From Candidatus Fonsibacter sp. (GTDB lineage: Bacteria > Pseudomonadota > Alphaproteobacteria > Pelagibacterales > Pelagibacteraceae): a stretch of 40,000 nt of DNA. Shown piece by piece: positions 27,894 through 40,000 of this stretch. Position numbers and translations under genes: made by a program. The notes below the pieces were generated by a model, which saw only the letters and a list, made by a program, of their open reading frames with translations, ran no database searches and had not been told where the DNA came from. Location of the stretch: contig CAXNKS010000001.1 of NCBI GenBank assembly GCA_964203055.1, positions 208,975 through 248,974 of the forward strand, written 5' to 3'. The stretch's first letter is position 1. Every line of letters starts with the position of its first letter.

Positions 27894-28646
27894 TTAAATA
27901 TTCTTAGTTAAAATTCTCACTAAAAAAAAATAAATTGGTCTTGGTAATATTTGTAGAATTTTAAAAATAATTTTCATCTGTATTGGAAAAGTAATGTCAT
28001 ATTTTTTACTTAACAGTCCTTCAAAAATAATTTCAGCAGCTTTATCTGCTTCCATAATAAATGGCATATCAAATGTATTTTTTTCTGTTAGTCTTGATTT
28101 AACAAAACCAGGATTAATAATACTTAAAGAAATATTATTTTTATCACAATCAATTTTAATAGACTCAAAATAATTAATCATAGCAGCTTTTGAAGGTCCA
28201 TAAGATGAAGAGTTTGGTAATCCTCCAAGTCCTGCGAGTGAACTAATGGCTGCAAGATGACCAAATTTTTGTAACTTAAAATGAGGCAATAAAATTGAAA
28301 AACAATTAATCATACCAAAAAAATTAACTGCAAAAGTTTTTTCAAATAAATCTAACCTAATATCAAAAGTATCATGCGGTTCATAATAACCAGAGCAATA
28401 AACAGCTAGATCAATAGTTTTAAATTCTTTTATAATTTCATTAATAATTCTCTGAGAATTTACTTTATCTGTAACGTCTAAAGAAAATGTTGATATTTTT
28501 GTTCTTTTCGAATTGAATTCTAATTTTAAATTTTGTAATTTTTCTTGAGTTCTTCCCAATAAAATTAAATTATCACACTGATCTAAGTATTTTTTGCCAA
28601 GTTCATAACCTATGCCGAAAGTAGCTCCTATAATTACAACATTCAT
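27894..28646 (-). CDS. Short-chain dehydrogenase/reductase
   Basis: 250 aa with IIGATFGIG cofactor motif and YGPSKAAM (Y-x3-K). Confidence 0.8.
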   Translation of the reverse strand: MNVVIIGATFGIGYELGKKYLDQCDNLILLGRTQEKLQNLKLEFNSKRTKISTFSLDVTDKVNSQRIINEIIKEFKTIDLAVYCSGYYEPHDTFDIRLDLFEKTFAVNFFGMINCFSILLPHFKLQKFGHLAAISSLAGLGGLPNSSSYGPSKAAMINYFESIKIDCDKNNISLSIINPGFVKSRLTEKNTFDMPFIMEADKAAEIIFEGLLSKKYDITFPIQMKIIFKILQILPRPIYFFLVRILTKNI

Positions 28647-28706
28647 AAATTTTACTTGATTAGCAACTATTAAAAATTATCAATAGTGATATAAGATAAT
28701 ACTGAT

Positions 28707-30095
28707 ATGGCATCAAGAATTGAATCTGACAGTTTTGGTAAAATCAAAGTTCCAGGAGATAAATATTGGGGAGCTCAAACAGAACGTTCATTAAAATACT
28801 TTAAAATTGGAAAAATATTAGTCCCACTAGAGATTATAAGAGCTATAGCCATTGTTAAAAAAGCCGCTGCTATCGTTAATTTTAAATTCAAATCATTAGA
28901 TAAAAAAATTTCTCAAGCAATTATCAAGGCCTCTGATGAGGTAATTAAAGGAAAATTTGACAATCATTTTCCACTTAAAGTTTGGCAAACAGGTTCTGGA
29001 ACTCAAACTAATATGAATGTTAATGAGGTTATTTCTAATCGAGCAATTGAAATTTTAGGTGGAAAAATAGGATCAAAAAAACCTGTTCATCCAAATGATC
29101 ATGTAAATAAATCTCAATCTACAAATGATACTTATCCAAGTGCTATTCACATAGCAGTTGCTATTGATGTAAAAGAAAGACTTCTTCCTTCTTTAAAATT
29201 ATTGGAAAAAGAATTATCTGTAAAAGTAAATAAATTTAAAAATATAGTAAAAATTGGAAGAACACATCTTCAAGACGCAACTCCACTAACTTTAGGGCAG
29301 CAGTTTTCTGGCTATCACATGCAAATCAAAAATTGCATTAAACGTATAGAGATAGCTTTAAAGGAAATGTATTTTTTAGCTCAAGGAGGAACAGCTGTTG
29401 GTACCGGTATTAATACTAAAAAAGGCTTTGATAAAAAAATTGCATTAGAGATTAAAAAGATTACTAAACTGCCATTTAGAACTGCTCCAAATAAATTTGA
29501 AGCACTTGCAAGTCATGAACCAATAGTTAATTTATCTGGTGCATTTAATACTCTTGCTGTTGCTATGATGAAAATTTCAAACGATATAAGATTTCTTGGG
29601 TCAGGTCCGAGAGCTGGTTATGCTGAGCTTATTCTTCCAGAAAATGAGCCAGGTTCATCAATTATGCCTGGCAAAGTAAATCCAACACAGTGTGAAGCTG
29701 TAACTATGGTTTGCACAAGAGTCATTGGTAACCACACAACAATTACTATTGCTGCATCAAACGGACATTTTGAATTAAATGTTTTTAAACCAGTAATTGG
29801 TCACAGCATGATTCAATCAATTGAATTATTATCTGACTCTATTGAATGTTTTGTAAAATATTGTCTAAAAGGTCTTAAAGCAGATACAAAAAGAATTTCT
29901 CAGCTATTAAATAGTTCATTGATGCTAGTAACTGCTCTTGCTCCAAAAATCGGTTACGATAATGCTTCTATGATTGCGAAAAAAGCGCACAAGAATGGAA
30001 CGTCTTTAAAAGAAGAAGCTCTGAAAAGCGGATTAGTTAATGAAAAAGAATACGATCGATTAATTAATCCAAAAAAAATGACTCATCCAAATTAG
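28707..30095 (+). CDS. fumC: Class II fumarate hydratase
   Basis: 462 aa with signature [15 protein letters not shown] and N-terminal [20 protein letters not shown]. Confidence 0.95.
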   Translation: MASRIESDSFGKIKVPGDKYWGAQTERSLKYFKIGKILVPLEIIRAIAIVKKAAAIVNFKFKSLDKKISQAIIKASDEVIKGKFDNHFPLKVWQTGSGTQTNMNVNEVISNRAIEILGGKIGSKKPVHPNDHVNKSQSTNDTYPSAIHIAVAIDVKERLLPSLKLLEKELSVKVNKFKNIVKIGRTHLQDATPLTLGQQFSGYHMQIKNCIKRIEIALKEMYFLAQGGTAVGTGINTKKGFDKKIALEIKKITKLPFRTAPNKFEALASHEPIVNLSGAFNTLAVAMMKISNDIRFLGSGPRAGYAELILPENEPGSSIMPGKVNPTQCEAVTMVCTRVIGNHTTITIAASNGHFELNVFKPVIGHSMIQSIELLSDSIECFVKYCLKGLKADTKRISQLLNSSLMLVTALAPKIGYDNASMIAKKAHKNGTSLKEEALKSGLVNEKEYDRLINPKKMTHPN

Positions 30096-31579
30096 AACAA
30101 GAAACTATAAATTCTTGGGTCTAAAACATTCATAATATCTTTATTTAAACGCAGATTAAATTCTTCCTGAACAATATTAAGATTATTTTTATTAAATTTT
30201 TTATTACTATTTCCAATAATTTCATTCACCACCACTCTTCCCTTTCTCATATTTAAATCACCTTTCATTATTCCAGAAAAACCATCATTTGGTAAAAGGG
30301 CTATCTTTTCCCTTGTTCCATTAGTTTTTTTATAAAAATTTTTAATATTTGCGACATTAATTTGTGAATTAAAAAAAAATATTGTTTCTCTATTCTGAGT
30401 AATAAAGCGACCATTTATTTTTAATAAATCATTAAATTTGGAAATTAAATTTAATTCTTTAATATTTACATCACCGCCCTCAACGACAATGATAGCGTTA
30501 GCATCAGAAAAGAGATCATGATTAGTAATCATATTTTTAAAATTTAATTTAAAGACACCATAGAAATCTTCATGAATATTAAATAATTTATTATTTACTA
30601 AATAATTTTTAAGATTGTCATTAGATAATTTTTTAAAATTTGCATCTATAAAATTAAACTCACTAACTAATGAAAGTCTTGGTTTAAAATCAATTTTTGC
30701 AGAACCTTCACCTTTATATACAAAAGAATTAACTAAAATATTTTTTAAATCTACATATTCATCTTTTAAATCAAAATTAAACTGCAAAGTTAAATTATTT
30801 AATCCAATTGTGCTTAAAGAATTTACAAATCTAATTTTTGCATTTCCTAAAAATTCACTTTTTAAAAAATTAATATCAGTCAAATCTGCATCAAAATAAA
30901 ATTTTAGATCATTAGACTGTATAGATAAATTACCAATACTTTTGTCTTTATTTTTTGCGCCTTGGAACTTGCTTGTAAAAGGTAAATTAAAAAAATTTCC
31001 CGTCAAATCAAATCTTTTGACACTCCCTTTGTCAAAAATAATATCACTATTAATATCACTAATCTCAATAGAATTTTTATTTGAAGAATATTTTAAATCT
31101 AAATTGTTAACCTTAATCACCTTAAGGCTTTTAATAGAATCTATATTTTTAAAAAAATTATCAAAATAGTTATTTTCTATTTCAATAATACCATCATTAA
31201 CTTCAACATCCGTAATATTAAATTTTCTAAGAATTATATCAAAAATATTAATTCGAAGATTAATTTTATAAATATTGCCAATATAAACATCTTCTTTTTT
31301 GTTAGTTTCAAAAATATCTACTGAAAATAATTCAATGTGAGGCCTTAAAAGTGGTTTATAAGTAATCTTTTCATTAATCCTAACCTTGATAAAAAATTTC
31401 TCCTGAATCTGATTTTCTATCTCAGGTTTATATCGTTCAAGATCTATAAAAAATGGTGATAAAAAAATAATAAAAAATATACCCGCAAAGGCAACCATCG
31501 CTCGGCTATAAACTTTATGATTATAAAAAGAGTTTAAAGTGATTAATAACTTTAAAGACTTTAATTTCCTAAGAATCAT
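30092..31579 (-). CDS. AsmA-family (outer-membrane biogenesis-related) protein
   Basis: 495 aa. An N-terminal TM anchor is followed by [14 protein letters not shown], resembling the AsmA N-terminal region. The remainder is Asn/Lys-rich and of low complexity, so family assignment is moderate. Confidence 0.55.
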   Translation of the reverse strand: MILRKLKSLKLLITLNSFYNHKVYSRAMVAFAGIFFIIFLSPFFIDLERYKPEIENQIQEKFFIKVRINEKITYKPLLRPHIELFSVDIFETNKKEDVYIGNIYKINLRINIFDIILRKFNITDVEVNDGIIEIENNYFDNFFKNIDSIKSLKVIKVNNLDLKYSSNKNSIEISDINSDIIFDKGSVKRFDLTGNFFNLPFTSKFQGAKNKDKSIGNLSIQSNDLKFYFDADLTDINFLKSEFLGNAKIRFVNSLSTIGLNNLTLQFNFDLKDEYVDLKNILVNSFVYKGEGSAKIDFKPRLSLVSEFNFIDANFKKLSNDNLKNYLVNNKLFNIHEDFYGVFKLNFKNMITNHDLFSDANAIIVVEGGDVNIKELNLISKFNDLLKINGRFITQNRETIFFFNSQINVANIKNFYKKTNGTREKIALLPNDGFSGIMKGDLNMRKGRVVVNEIIGNSNKKFNKNNLNIVQEEFNLRLNKDIMNVLDPRIYSFLF

Positions 31580-31624
31580 TTAATTTTTGATATATTATGT
31601 TAACTACTTGATCTATTTGATTTT

Positions 31625-33857
31625 ATGAATTCCACTAGCCAAAATTACTTATTAAACCTCAATAATCAACAAAAAGAAGCTGTCATTCATACTGACGGAC
31701 CATTGTTAATTTTGGCTGGAGCAGGATCTGGCAAAACTAAAGTTTTAACAACTCGTGTTGCTCATCTCATTGAAACTCAAAAATGTTGGGCTAGTCAAAT
31801 TCTTTGCGTAACTTTTACTAATAAAGCTGCAAATGAAATGAGAGAAAGAATATTAAAAATTCTTAGTGCTCAATCTTCCTCTCTGCCTTGGCTTGGAACT
31901 TTTCATTCAATTAGTAATAAAATTTTAAGACGCCATGCTGAAGCGGTAGGTTTAAAATCTAATTTTACAATTTTAGATACACTTGATCAGTTAAGACTAA
32001 TAAAAAATATAATTGAATCGGAAAACATTGATATAAAAAAAATACCACCCAAATTAGTTGCTGCTTTTATAGATGATTGGAAAAATAAAGGTCTTACTCC
32101 AAGTGAAGTTAAAATTAATAATGAAAACTACATTAAAGATACTGCATTAAAAATATATAGAATTTATCAGCAAAGATTGAGGATTATGAACTGTGTGGAT
32201 TTTGGAGATCTAATCTTACATTGCGTAACAATATTTAAAACTATGCCTGAAATTTTAGAATTATATCATAATAATTTTAAATATATTCTAGTAGACGAAT
32301 ATCAAGACACAAACTTTATTCAAAATATTTGGCTAAACTTATTATCGAAAAAAAATAATAATTTATGCTGCGTAGGAGATGACGATCAATCTATCTATAG
32401 TTGGCGCGGTGCTGAGGTAAAAAATATTTTGAATTTTGATAAACTAAACGCTAATACAAAAGTTATTAAGCTAGAACAAAACTATAGATCAACTCAAAAT
32501 ATTTTAGATACTGCCTCCTCTTTAATTTCTAATAACGAGGATAGACTTGGCAAGAAACTGTGGTCTGAAAATTCTAAAGGGGATTTGATAGAAGTTAATT
32601 GCTACAATAACGGATACGATGAAGCAGTAGCAGTTGCAGATGAAATTGAAAAGAATTTATCAAAAGAATATTCACTCAATCAAATATCCATATTAGTTAG
32701 AGCTGCTTTTCAAACAAGAGAGTTTGAGGATCGATTTATAAAAATTAACCTACCCTATAGAGTTATTGGAGGATTAAAATTTTACGACCGAGCAGAAATT
32801 AAAGATGCTATTTGTTATATTAGAATTATTTATCAGGAAAATGACGATCTTGCCTTTGAAAGGATTATCAATACTCCAAAACGCTCTATTGGAGATGCTA
32901 CTCTAAAAGAAATTCATAAAATCGCTAAAGAGAAAAGTATTAATTTAGAACAAGCATCACTTAAGTATTGCGAACAAGAAAACTCCACTGGTAAAACTAT
33001 TTTAAACTTAAAAAAAATTATCACTGATATTCAGTTATGGAGAAAATTATCAAAAGAAATAAGTCATTATGAACTAACGGAAAGAGTCCTTGATGAATCT
33101 GGCTACTCTCAAATGCTGATGACTGAAAAGACACCGGAAGCTGACAGCAAATTAGAAAACTTAAAAGAATTAATATTATCAATGAAAAATTATAGTAGCC
33201 TTCAAGATTTTCTTGAAAATATCTCATTACAAACCTCCATAGATCAAGATTGGGATGGTGAAAAAATAAATTTAATGACTATGCATGCCGCTAAAGGACT
33301 TGAGTTTGATGTAGTTTTTTTACCTGGTTGGGAAGAGGGATTGTTTCCTCATCAAAAATCAATTGATGAAAAAGGTCACCAGGCAATTGAGGAGGAAAGG
33401 AGACTTGCTTATGTTGCAATTACTAGAGCAAAAAAGAAATTATTTATCTCTTTTGTAAATAATAGAAGAATTTATGGTGGCAAGAGAGATAGGGACATAG
33501 ACTGGATGCCCACACTTCCTTCACGTTTTGTTGATGAACTTCCTAAAGATAATATCAATATGAAAAATCATTTTTCAGAATACCAAAAAAATGATTTTGA
33601 TTTTAATCAGGAGATTGACTACGACAAACCATCAAGAAGTCCTGGCTGGGAAAGATTAAAACAAGCAAAACAGAATAAGACTAATTTTAATAAAATTAGC
33701 TACAGCAATAATAATACAATTTTTAAAGTTGGCGAAAGTGTAAATCATGAAGATTTTGGCAATGGGAAGGTAATTCATATTGAAGATAATAAAGTTATTA
33801 TTAATTTTAAAAAATATGGTGAAAAAAAGATAATTGATAAATTTATAAAAAAAAGTA

Positions 33858-33871
<14 letters not shown>
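31625..33871 (+). CDS. uvrD: UvrD/Rep/PcrA-type superfamily 1 DNA helicase
   Basis: 748 aa with Walker A AGAGSGKT, motif II VDEYQDT, QNYRST, TMHAAKGLEF and YVAITRAKKKL. Confidence 0.9.
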
Positions 33872-37622
<3,751 letters not shown>

Positions 37623-38447
37623 TTAATTAAGTATTTTTTTAAAACCACCTAAAAGAGATTTATCTTTTTTAGGTAAAGTGGTCTGATTTGTTGAAACTAA
37701 TAAATAACTTTTTTTATACCACTCGCTAGAATTAAAATTATAACCTAAAATTGCTGCTGCTTTGCTAGCGTCTTCTTCCAGCCCTAATTTATGATAAATT
37801 TCAACCAGTCTATATAAAGCCTCTTCGATATAAATTGTGGTTTGATATTTATCTACAATTATTTTTAATCTATTGATTGCTGCTGCCCATTTTTGTTTAT
37901 TCATATAATATCTTGCAACATACATTTCTTTTCCGGCCATTAAATCGTTCAATAGATCTAATTTATATTTAGCATCATCTGCATACTCAGTATTTGGATA
38001 ACTATTTATTAAAGATTTAAATTGAGTAATTGCTTTAACAGTTTTTTCTTGATCTTTAGAAAATTCACTTACTTCTTCAAAATAACAAACGCCTTTTAAA
38101 TACTCTACATAAACTCTTTCAGGATTATTCGGATAAAATTTTACATAACGTTCAAGTACAGAAAGTGTATCTACACAACGGTTTGCTTCGTAGTAAACAT
38201 ATGCCATCATTAATAAAGATTTTGGGGCCCATTCTGTGTACGAATAATCTTTTTCCACCATCTTAAACTTTTCAATTGCTCCTTCTGCTTTGCCCTCGTT
38301 AAAATCATCCATCGCAAAGCCCCATAACTTAGGAAGACTAACTTTTTCTTTTGGAGGAGCGACTAAAGGTTTGTCGTTAGAAGAGGAACAGCTTAGAACA
38401 AACAAAAAAATTAATAAAATATGAAATATTGTTTTTGGTCTGAGCAT
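37623..38447 (-). CDS. bamD: Outer membrane protein assembly factor BamD (YfiO-like TPR lipoprotein)
   Basis: Lipobox VLSC after the signal peptide, TPR-like repeats, and YPNTEYADDAKYKL / ARYYMNKQKWAAAINR patterns typical of BamD. Confidence 0.8.
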   Translation of the reverse strand: MLRPKTIFHILLIFLFVLSCSSSNDKPLVAPPKEKVSLPKLWGFAMDDFNEGKAEGAIEKFKMVEKDYSYTEWAPKSLLMMAYVYYEANRCVDTLSVLERYVKFYPNNPERVYVEYLKGVCYFEEVSEFSKDQEKTVKAITQFKSLINSYPNTEYADDAKYKLDLLNDLMAGKEMYVARYYMNKQKWAAAINRLKIIVDKYQTTIYIEEALYRLVEIYHKLGLEEDASKAAAILGYNFNSSEWYKKSYLLVSTNQTTLPKKDKSLLGGFKKILN

Positions 38448-38497
38448 TAAAATTAAAAGTTTTTATTATTTCTTTTAATTAAGTTTTACCACTAAAA

Positions 38498-39415
38498 CTA
38501 TAAATTCACTACAAGTTGATTTGGTGAATAAGAACTAACAGAAGAGAAATTTTTTGTTTTTTGCGTTGTTAAATTCCACGCATTTTTATTTTTTATTAAT
38601 GCTTCTAATAATTTACGAGTCATATCATGACCGCCTTGATAACAATTTACTTTTCCAATAAGTGAATATCCAGCTAAATATAAATCACCAATACAGTCTA
38701 AAATTTTATGTCTTACAAATTCATCTTTATGTCTCAAACCATCCTGGTTTAGAACTTTATCTTCTGAAACAACAATTGCATTTTCTAAAGAACCTCCTTT
38801 TGCAAGTCCCATCTTAAATATATTTTCTAGATCTTTTTGCAAACAAAACGTTCTAGAGTCATGAACTTCCATAAACCCATTTTTCTCTAGATCTATTTTT
38901 TTACTTTGTCTTTTAATAACACGATCATGAAAATCAATTTCATAATCTATTTCTAATTTATTTTTATTTGTTGGTTCAATTGAAATGGATTTATCTTTTT
39001 CTTTAATAATAATTTTTTTTAAAATTTTAATATATTTTTTTTCTGAACTTTGTACTGTAGTTCCGACATCTTGTATGGCAACCGCAAACTCTTTTGAACT
39101 TCCATCTAGTATTGGCAATTCTTGGCTATCCACTTCTACTATAGCATTATCAATGCTCATTCCTGATAAAGCGGACATTAAATGTTCAATAGTCGAAATT
39201 GAAACTTGCTTATTAGAAATAGTTGTGCACAATTTTGCTGGCAAAGCGTTGCTAATATGCGCCTGGATAATTTTTTCTTTTCCTTTGTAATCGACTCTAA
39301 CAAAGGTTATTCCCGAATTAGGAGCCGAGGGTTTAACTGAAAGATTAGCAACTATTCCGCTATGAAGACCAACTCCTTTAAAATTAATTTTTGATTTTAA
39401 TGTTTTTTGATACAT
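38498..39415 (-). CDS. lpxC: UDP-3-O-acyl-N-acetylglucosamine deacetylase
   Basis: 305 aa with QKTLKxxIxFKGVGLHSG, TIEHLMSAL, ILDGSS and HKxLDxIGDLYLAG. Confidence 0.95.
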   Translation of the reverse strand: MYQKTLKSKINFKGVGLHSGIVANLSVKPSAPNSGITFVRVDYKGKEKIIQAHISNALPAKLCTTISNKQVSISTIEHLMSALSGMSIDNAIVEVDSQELPILDGSSKEFAVAIQDVGTTVQSSEKKYIKILKKIIIKEKDKSISIEPTNKNKLEIDYEIDFHDRVIKRQSKKIDLEKNGFMEVHDSRTFCLQKDLENIFKMGLAKGGSLENAIVVSEDKVLNQDGLRHKDEFVRHKILDCIGDLYLAGYSLIGKVNCYQGGHDMTRKLLEALIKNKNAWNLTTQKTKNFSSVSSYSPNQLVVNL

Positions 39416-39480
39416 GTTTTCGATGAGATAGATATTTAGTAATATCTATAGCAATAGCTAATCACCTTTTGTTACGATTT

Positions 39481-40000
39481 CTACTTTTGAAAAATAGATA
39501 AAAGTCTTGAAAAAAAGCCTGTATTTTTAAATTTAATTGGTAAAGCTTCCGATGGAAATCCAAAAAAATAGTTCTTAACCATTCCATAACAAACTAAAAA
39601 ATCCTGTGATAAATTATTAACTAAATTTTCATCTTCTTGTTTTATTTGCAAAACAAGCTCCGTTCTTTGTGAAAAGTATTTTTTTATTAAACTTGTTAGA
39701 CCAACTAAGTTTGATCCTCTGCCGGAAAGATAAATTTTCTTAGTTTTTATATCTATTGAATTGTAAGTTTTAATTTTTCTATAAATTAGCTGTAAAATTT
39801 CTTCAACTCTAGAATTAATAATAGTATTAACGATTGTTTTTGATATTTTTCTAAAATCATCGTCTGGGAATAAATGAACTGGTAAATATTCAGTCTTATC
39901 TTTTGTATTCTCATTTAATATACATTCTCCGCTCTCAACTTTAATTCTTTCGGCGATCTCTATTTTTATGTCTAAAACTTTAGCTAAGTCTTTTGAAACC
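39481..40000 (-). CDS. ftsA: Cell division protein FtsA, C-terminal part (5' end beyond window)
   Basis: My own translation of the minus strand gives VSKDLAKVLDIKIEIAERIKVESGEC...IYLSGRGSNLVGLTSLIKKYF...NTGFFSRLLSIFQK* (stop at 39483..39481). The actin-like domain 2 motifs and a C-terminal amphipathic tail fit FtsA. It is absent from the ORF track because it is open at the window edge. Confidence 0.8.
   Translation of the reverse strand, partial: VSKDLAKVLDIKIEIAERIKVESGECILNENTKDKTEYLPVHLFPDDDFRKISKTIVNTIINSRVEEILQLIYRKIKTYNSIDIKTKKIYLSGRGSNLVGLTSLIKKYFSQRTELVLQIKQEDENLVNNLSQDFLVCYGMVKNYFFGFPSEALPIKFKNTGFFSRLLSIFQK

Overview
This is a strongly AT-rich, very gene-dense chromosomal segment. 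Genes overlap by 1-17 nt, ATGA start/stop coupling is common, convergent genes share stop codons and spacers are few. By inference it resembles a streamlined marine alphaproteobacterium of the SAR11/Pelagibacterales type. I can support about 40 genes, all core metabolism, envelope, replication/repair or nutrient uptake. In order they are: ispB (5'-cut), tspO, a ProC-like reductase, pdxH, aroC, a rhomboid protease, an SDR, a DUF1445/YcsI-like hydro-lyase, a livHMGF-type ABC importer with its binding protein, pxpA/pxpB/pxpC (5-oxoprolinase), acnA, a TAXI-type TRAP transporter with DUF1850, msrB, a PaaI thioesterase, a signal-peptide msrA, azlCD, a LysE exporter, metF-metE-metZ, a thioredoxin-like 2Fe-2S ferredoxin, an SDR, fumC, an AsmA-like protein, uvrD, an aminopeptidase P, ligA, bamD, lpxC and the 3' end of ftsA. 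I see no rRNA, tRNA, CRISPR array, transposase, integrase, phage gene or recognisable defence gene. The main anomaly is 14 frame breaks in nine otherwise full-length genes. Thirteen are repaired by skipping exactly one nucleotide, and they cluster at 7.8-22.5 kb and 34.5-34.9 kb. Insertion-type sequence or assembly error is my leading explanation; real recent inactivation or recoding cannot be excluded from the sequence alone. Secondary leads are a riboswitch-like leader with mutually exclusive hairpins upstream of metF-metE-metZ, a contiguous DUF1445 + ABC importer + pxpABC block, a TAXI-TRAP/DUF1850 unit directly upstream of acnA, and an unusually long 346-bp spacer with a short ORF abutting tspO. 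I did not find a convincing novel multi-gene system.
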